DNA of 64,000 bases, taken from NCBI GenBank assembly GCA_976226885.1, contig OZ320323.1, forward strand, positions 4,898,001 to 4,962,000. Reading direction: 5' to 3'. How positions within the stretch are numbered: the stretch's first letter is position 1; each line of letters opens with the position of its first letter. The stretch is from Iphione sp. A-MEVVRFRX5. Its lineage: Eukaryota. This document shows, in pieces, positions 59,587-64,000 of the stretch. A program made the translations under genes and the position numbers. The notes under the pieces are model-generated. The model was not told where the DNA came from. It did no database searches and was given only the letters and a program-made list of their open reading frames with translations.

Positions 59587-61702
59587 TATGTGGGTTTTCA
59601 TGGACCTACACGTGGGTTTTTGATTGACCGTATACTTTAGCGGTCTGTACAGAACCATGTGCGGGTCTGTACATCCCCATGGAAACAATAGATTTTGCTG
59701 AAGTTAGTGTCCATGTAATGCTGCCTTACACTGAACTCCCAATTTACATGGCTTGGGGAAAGCAGATGAGTCCATCTGACCAGTGTAGGAATAGAGGATT
59801 ACCTTTGAAATCAGAATATTCAGAACGCTCGAAAATTTGCAAAACTATAACACAATAGAAAGCCTTTCTTCTCATACCTTCTTCTCATGGGTCAAACACT
59901 AATTATTTAATTGTTTTTATTCCTTAAGTTCCCTACATTACTGTGGAATCCCTCCATTACGGACAGCAATGGGGCAGTCCATAAAGCGGGATGTCTGGAA
60001 TACCAGGAGTATTTAATCATGGATTTGAACACTTTCTGTCCCTTGACTGTTAATGATATGAGATTGGTTAATTCCACTCTGCTTTTTCTCTGTATACACA
60101 CATTTATGTATATTATACATTTGTTTTTAGACTTAAAGCACACAATGGATATTTAACAGTCTTAGGCATCTAAAATATGTCAGATTCGTTAAAGTAAATG
60201 ATGTGGTTTCTTTGTATGACAGATTTCTCCATCATAATCAATAAAAATGAGACTCCCTTTCCTTTGTGACTAAGTATATTGATCACATGAGCTTACACTG
60301 TAGCATATTCAGATGAAATAACAACTTCTGCCTTATTGCTTAGTGTTAAAGGACAGAGTCTTGTTGTGGTGTGTGTACATGAACTGATATGTATAATTTG
60401 GTGTTTTGAAATATCTATTACAATTCAGAGTGTATGTATTTATACATGTTATACTGTAGTGTTGATACAGGTATTTTGTATATATTAGGATGCCAAGGCT
60501 TTAGTACTATTACTGGACACTAGGTGTCTTCCTGAGGGACAAGTCCAGGTGGCGCCACTGCAGATTCGGATAAACGCTAATGTGCAACTTTGGTACCAAC
60601 TCAAAGTCCCTTTCACTGGTAAGTTCATGTAATCTACTAATTCTACGGGCGCTATGACATACCAAGATAATGGGATTGTTATTGATGTCTGTACATGTTT
60701 ACTTTCTCAAACATTGTTTATCGTAGTATCTGTTGGTGTTTTTACAGATTCGCTACTGGAACTGTCACCTTGGGCTCCGGAAAAGAGTGTCCTTTTGGTG
60801 TCTTTTCTTTCAAATGAGAAAATATAACATGTTGGATCAGGTGGGGACAGCTCTTTTGCACCTATCTGGGATTCAAACATTGTGTGTATGTGTTGGAGAA
60901 AATGAGATTTATAATTCTCCCGAACGTTACCTCGTTGGGGCCTGCTATGCCAGTTAAGGGAAATTCCGTTTTAATATATCAGAATATCCAGGTACATGTT
61001 ATCATACTGTAGTTTTTATTGACAGCACTAACTTAAAAGATAGGTCATCTGAACAAAACAACATTGGGCACCTAACATATTGATTTTAAATATTCTTTCA
61101 TAACAGAATGATATTAGAGCTTTATACATGGTATATGATAGTCACCTAGTGGTGCACTAGTACCTTGCATATATTATCCTGTAATACCTAGCATAGTATA
61201 CCACCTTATGACGTTTGCTGAACTTACCATTATTTGTTGATACTATGCTTACATTTGTCTCACGATTATGGGAACAGCCATTCTGCAGATTATTAGCATT
61301 ATCATTCTATACGTTGATAGATAATAACAACTCTTTGCATGCAAAGTCACTCTGGTTAAGGCACTGACTGATCATTGTGTGATAGATTTACAAACTACAT
61401 GTACACGGCAGCATTAAGCCTTTAAATCTATAACAAAGCTACCAACGTTTCAAGGCTGGACACCCCAAGAGACCTTGTCGCTTTTTTTCGTAATGTCTGT
61501 GTCGCTAAAAACCAAAACAGATCAAGAATAAATCAGTGGGCAGGTAAAGAATTTTGTCACATCCTTGAATGTCTGTGTCGCACGTTTTTTTGCGAAACAG
61601 GACAGGTTGCCCAGCCCTGTGTTTTAGTTGGAATACAGATTCAACTACTCGCTGGACATAATGAAAGGGTTAACAACTGTCTGCATGTACAATGCAGATA
61701 AT

Positions 61703-61867
61703 CAGGCCCGTAGCCAAGGGGGTATTGGGGGTATTGTCCGATCCCCCCCCACACAAAACCTAATGCTTATAGGCCTACATAGACATATGGCCTCCAGGAG
61801 GTCCACCTCTGGGGTATTTGGGGGTATTGTCCAATAACCCCCACAACAATTCCTGGCTACGGGCCTG
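61703..61867 (+). mobile_element. MITE family A copy
   Basis: CAGGCCCGTAGCCA...TGGCTACGGGCCTG termini. The 8-bp flanks CAGATAAT and AAAATAAC match at 5 of 8 positions. Confidence 0.75.
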
Positions 61868-62994
61868 AAAATAACTCTTTGTATATTAACTTCTTCTGGA
61901 GACCCGATTTCTATTAAGGGTTAGAAAAGTATGGGTTTAAATATTGTTGATCTTTTAGTTCTTTAACAGAATAACAGTTAAGCAACGAGAAATCATTGGG
62001 ATGTTGATAGGCTTTCCATGACAAATTAATTCACCATGGCATGACTTATTTACACGATGTCTTATATTCCTGTCTGGGTACTCTTTAGAACATTTCATAG
62101 AAAGGTCCGTCAGTATTTATGATACTTTAACAATTCATACGCCTACTAATGTTAATTGTATTATTCTGAACAACCCCATCTGACCATTCCTGCACAACTG
62201 CAACAAATAGATACATTATTTCTGGCTAGAAGCACTTCAGTATTATCCTACGTGTGACTAGATAATCAACGTCACTTATGCTAGAGAGAAACCATCACTT
62301 TGCTCGTGGAATGGCTCAAAGTTAATAGCACGATTCGAAGGGGAAAAAGTTACACTCCATATAGTTCCAACATGGAAAGTTAATAGCACGATTCGAAGGG
62401 GAAAAACTTACACTCCATATTGCTCCAACATGGAATGAGAACCCAATATTGAAACCCAGTAAAATAAAATATCTCAACGAAGCATGCAGTCGCAGAGTCA
62501 CTTTAACCGGTGTGTGTTTACCTATTGGATCACCTACTACATATGTATTTCTATCACTCCTTGATTGCTAATTAAACTGCCTAACTTGTAAAAGTAGAGG
62601 AAGGCGGGCATGGACTTATCGCAGGCCAGTTGTGAGACCCCTAAATCAAAGGGCGGGGGGCTTCAATTAGAATTCAAGTAGAGCTCCCTAGTAAATTAAA
62701 TTCAGTAAAGCTGTTAGCTCATATCAATATTACCTTCTACAGCAAGTTTAGTATGCAGTATAATGGCAGCCCGCATTGCTTACAGATTTCAACTTACTAT
62801 CTTCTAGGTGGAAACAAAAGAAAACATAATAGAGCCGTAAGACTTTTCAGTTCTAAACCCCTTTAGAAATGGTCATTCGCTAACCTGTCCTTGAGATGGT
62901 TTAATTGTGCGAAGAAGCATCATATTGTAGGTTGGAGTAAAATGTATCATAGGGGAAGACTGCGCGGATGTTGTACCTGTACATCTTACACTTA

Positions 62995-63313
62995 GGCCTA
63001 AAAAATATCTGTGTTTCTGGTAACATGATGAAAAAAAGTAGGATCGGTTGGTTATTTTTTTCACCTTACAAGTTTTCCTATGAAAATGTTAGCCAGTTCT
63101 TGTGAAGCATGGTATTGTCACTTCTAATACTTGGATTTTAATGAAATATATCTCATATGAAATCTAGTGACCTAAGGAACAATTTGCTGCACATGTTTCT
63201 ATCCTTATTCCTTAAAAAGATATTCACAGAAGAAGAAAACAATAAAAGGTTACAATTGGCTCAAATGTAGGGTTGGTCAGGTTACCGGAAACAGAACTTG
63301 TTTTTGTTAGGCC
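62995..63313. mobile_element. MITE family B copy
   Basis: GGCC...GGCC termini with the GTGTTTCTGGTAAC and GTTACCGGAAACAG motifs; TTA on both flanks. Confidence 0.8.
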
Positions 63314-64000
63314 TTAGCAGACAGTCTAATTCAGTAAAACCCGCATAGTTTAAAAAGATTGCTGTATTCCTGCTATCATCTAGCATACTCTAACCCCTAA
63401 TATTTCTAAAATAAATCTTCTAGACTCATGATACCATTATAGAATCCTTAATTTACCTCAGTATTGTCATAGTCTTTTCTGCTTAAAATTCTAGTTACAT
63501 TGGAAGCAACAGCAGTCAATAAATGCGCCTTCGTATACCCTATAGTCACCCCATACCTGGGAGTCATAACATGAGAATATTGTACACTCTGTACCCTCAG
63601 GCTTTACATACAAGTATAGGGACAGGGATAGATCATAGGCATATGACCTATATACTGTGTCCTCTCATTCACCCTAAGCCCTGGTTTCCTTACCTGCGGT
63701 GCCGTCCGGGTGCGTTGCTGTCCGGTGAATTACATAATTATTGCTCTATAGGTTATCAGCGAGAGTGTTTCCTTACCTGCGGTGCTGTCCGGGTGCGTTG
63801 GGCTGCATTGGGCTGCGTTGCCCGTTTTCGAACCCTTCCCGTAAATTTACCGCACCCGGACAGCAACGCACTGCAACGCACCTGTATTTCCTTCATTTTG
63901 ACTGACTTTGACTGAATTTGACTGACTTTTGACTGATGATACCACACATTTCCGCACATTTCAGTTTTTTCCTGGTCTTTTTCCGCACATTTTGCCGTTT

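Overview
This is eukaryotic, intron-rich animal DNA. The GC3-rich exons, AT-rich introns, repeat style and many TACATGTA words suggest an invertebrate chordate such as Branchiostoma; that is an inference and was not checked against a database. Two complete + strand genes can be assembled by eye with GT-AG sites and matching phases. (1) A mitochondrial bifunctional methylenetetrahydrofolate dehydrogenase/cyclohydrolase (MTHFD2-like; 6 coding exons, 2069-18183, 336 aa, N-terminal mitochondrial presequence). (2) A stearoyl-CoA (delta-9) desaturase (SCD-like; 4 coding exons, 44000-55411, 377 aa, three His boxes). A probable divergent gene of unknown function starts head-to-head with MTHFD2. The rest holds a 5'-truncated LINE with a nearly intact RT, a solo LTR, several MITE families, minisatellites and a 140-N gap. 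The most unusual signal is that splice sites of both genes have been locally duplicated. The SCD last-exon acceptor plus the first ~60 nt of the exon is present six times, and the five upstream copies lead to a stop. The SCD exon-2 acceptor ends an 11-copy 68-bp array. MTHFD2 has a duplicated terminal acceptor and a frame-preserving duplicate of the exon-4 3' end that could act as an alternative micro-exon. Whether any of this is functional cannot be shown from sequence alone.
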